From Candidatus Bathyarchaeota archaeon (lineage in GTDB: Archaea > Thermoproteota > Bathyarchaeia > 40CM-2-53-6): DNA of 58,433 nt. The position numbers were made by a program, and so were the translations under genes. This document shows, one piece after another, positions 57,475-58,433 of this stretch; within the stretch, counting starts at the first letter, position 1; every line of letters starts with the position of its first letter. The stretch spans positions 1 to 58,433 of the forward strand of contig VBAX01000051.1 in the NCBI GenBank assembly GCA_005883075.1. Reading direction: 5' to 3'. The notes below the pieces were generated by a model. That model did not search any database, was not told where the DNA came from, and saw only the letters and a list, made by a program, of their open reading frames with translations.

Positions 57475-58433
57475 ATGGCGAAGCTTCTGATAGGACAGAC
57501 AGGCTATGGGAAGCCGTTCACAGTCGATCCCGGCAGCCTAACCAAGCATACCGTCCTATTCGGAGCAACAGGGTCCGGGAAGACGGTCCTCTGCAAGTCG
57601 ATAATGGAGGAGGCTTGACGTGCCAGTTCTATTACCAGATCTTCGACCAGGGCGAATCCGGGATTCTCAGTCCCAGATGGCTGATCAGCTATCCCCGCGG
57701 GCCGCTCGAACCTTTAGAAATAAAGAGATTGAAAGAGGGAGCGGCTCCTGAAAAGATGACGGTCAGAGCAGTCCCACTGTCAGTGCCGGAGGAAGTCTTC
57801 CTCCGTGACACCGACAGGAAACGGGCCAAGAAAGGCATTCTAGGCGGAACAGAGGAAAAGGTTGCATTCGCTAAGAAGATCTTTCTGCCCTACCTCGATT
57901 TCACCTACCGGTTTCCAGCAGAAAAGGGCCTCCTGTCAAAGCAGATGGTGATAAGCGAGGGCCGATCAACAGTCTTGGCCTTGCGAGAGGCCAACTTCGG
58001 CTTTGATCCCAGACTAGTAGAGTTGGCTCCAATGCTTGCTGATATGGAACTGGACTCTGCATCAATCATTAACGGCGTTGACTCCACAGTCCTCGTCAGC
58101 GAACGGCTGGCCGAGCTCAAGAACCTCCTCAGAGATTACGAGGTGCAGTCAGAAGAGAGATCGAAACAGTACGAGGCTCTCCCGAAAGAGAGTCCCGCGA
58201 GAGAAAACCTGAAAGAGAATATCGAGTTCTTGAGAAAGACGAAGTTGTTGCGATGGAAGATGTTTGCCGATGGACTACAACTTCCTGCAAAACTCGATCT
58301 CGACAAGCTAGAACTCCTCAACGGGACGCTGTTCTACATGCCCTATTTTATCGCAAAACTCTCGCGTGAAGGAGAATCACGCTATATTGTCTGGAACCAC
58401 GAAGGCAGAGAAGACGACACGATCGCGGACGAG
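57475..58433 (+). pseudogene. HerA/DUF87-like P-loop ATPase remnant with large internal deletion (runs off window)
   Basis: 57475-57618 encodes LTKHTVLFGATGSGKTVLCKSIMEEA*; a second frame from 57615 (RWLISYPRGPL...) stays open to the window end. Confidence 0.65.

Overview
Archaeal chromosomal segment. Orc1/Cdc6, PolD small subunit, NAC, aMBF1, archaeal-type PhoU and an intron-containing tRNA mark it as archaeal; a TACK/Bathyarchaeia-like lineage is my inference. It holds a probable replication origin (inverted ORB-like elements around an AT-rich stretch at ~20.5-20.7 kb, more ORB-like sites at the cdc6 promoter and at 12.5 kb), housekeeping genes (pyrB, pyrI, hflX, ppk2, ogg, ftcD), transporters and several disrupted genes. 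Best leads: (1) a wHTH + ATP-cone + catalytically degenerate class III ribonucleotide reductase fusion, possibly a nucleotide-sensing regulator; (2) an origin-proximal trio of putative DNA-binding genes with an array of GTGAYRTCAC palindromes and an orphan ORB; (3) an unannotated 28-aa Cys-rich metallothionein-like peptide divergent from a Cys-cluster HxlR regulator; (4) a non-coding 13-bp/40-bp periodic array; (5) a tRNA-Pro with two D-arm introns; (6) a three-operator ArsR regulon; (7) a 63-bp dispersed hairpin repeat. Family calls come from motif recognition by eye; no searches were run.
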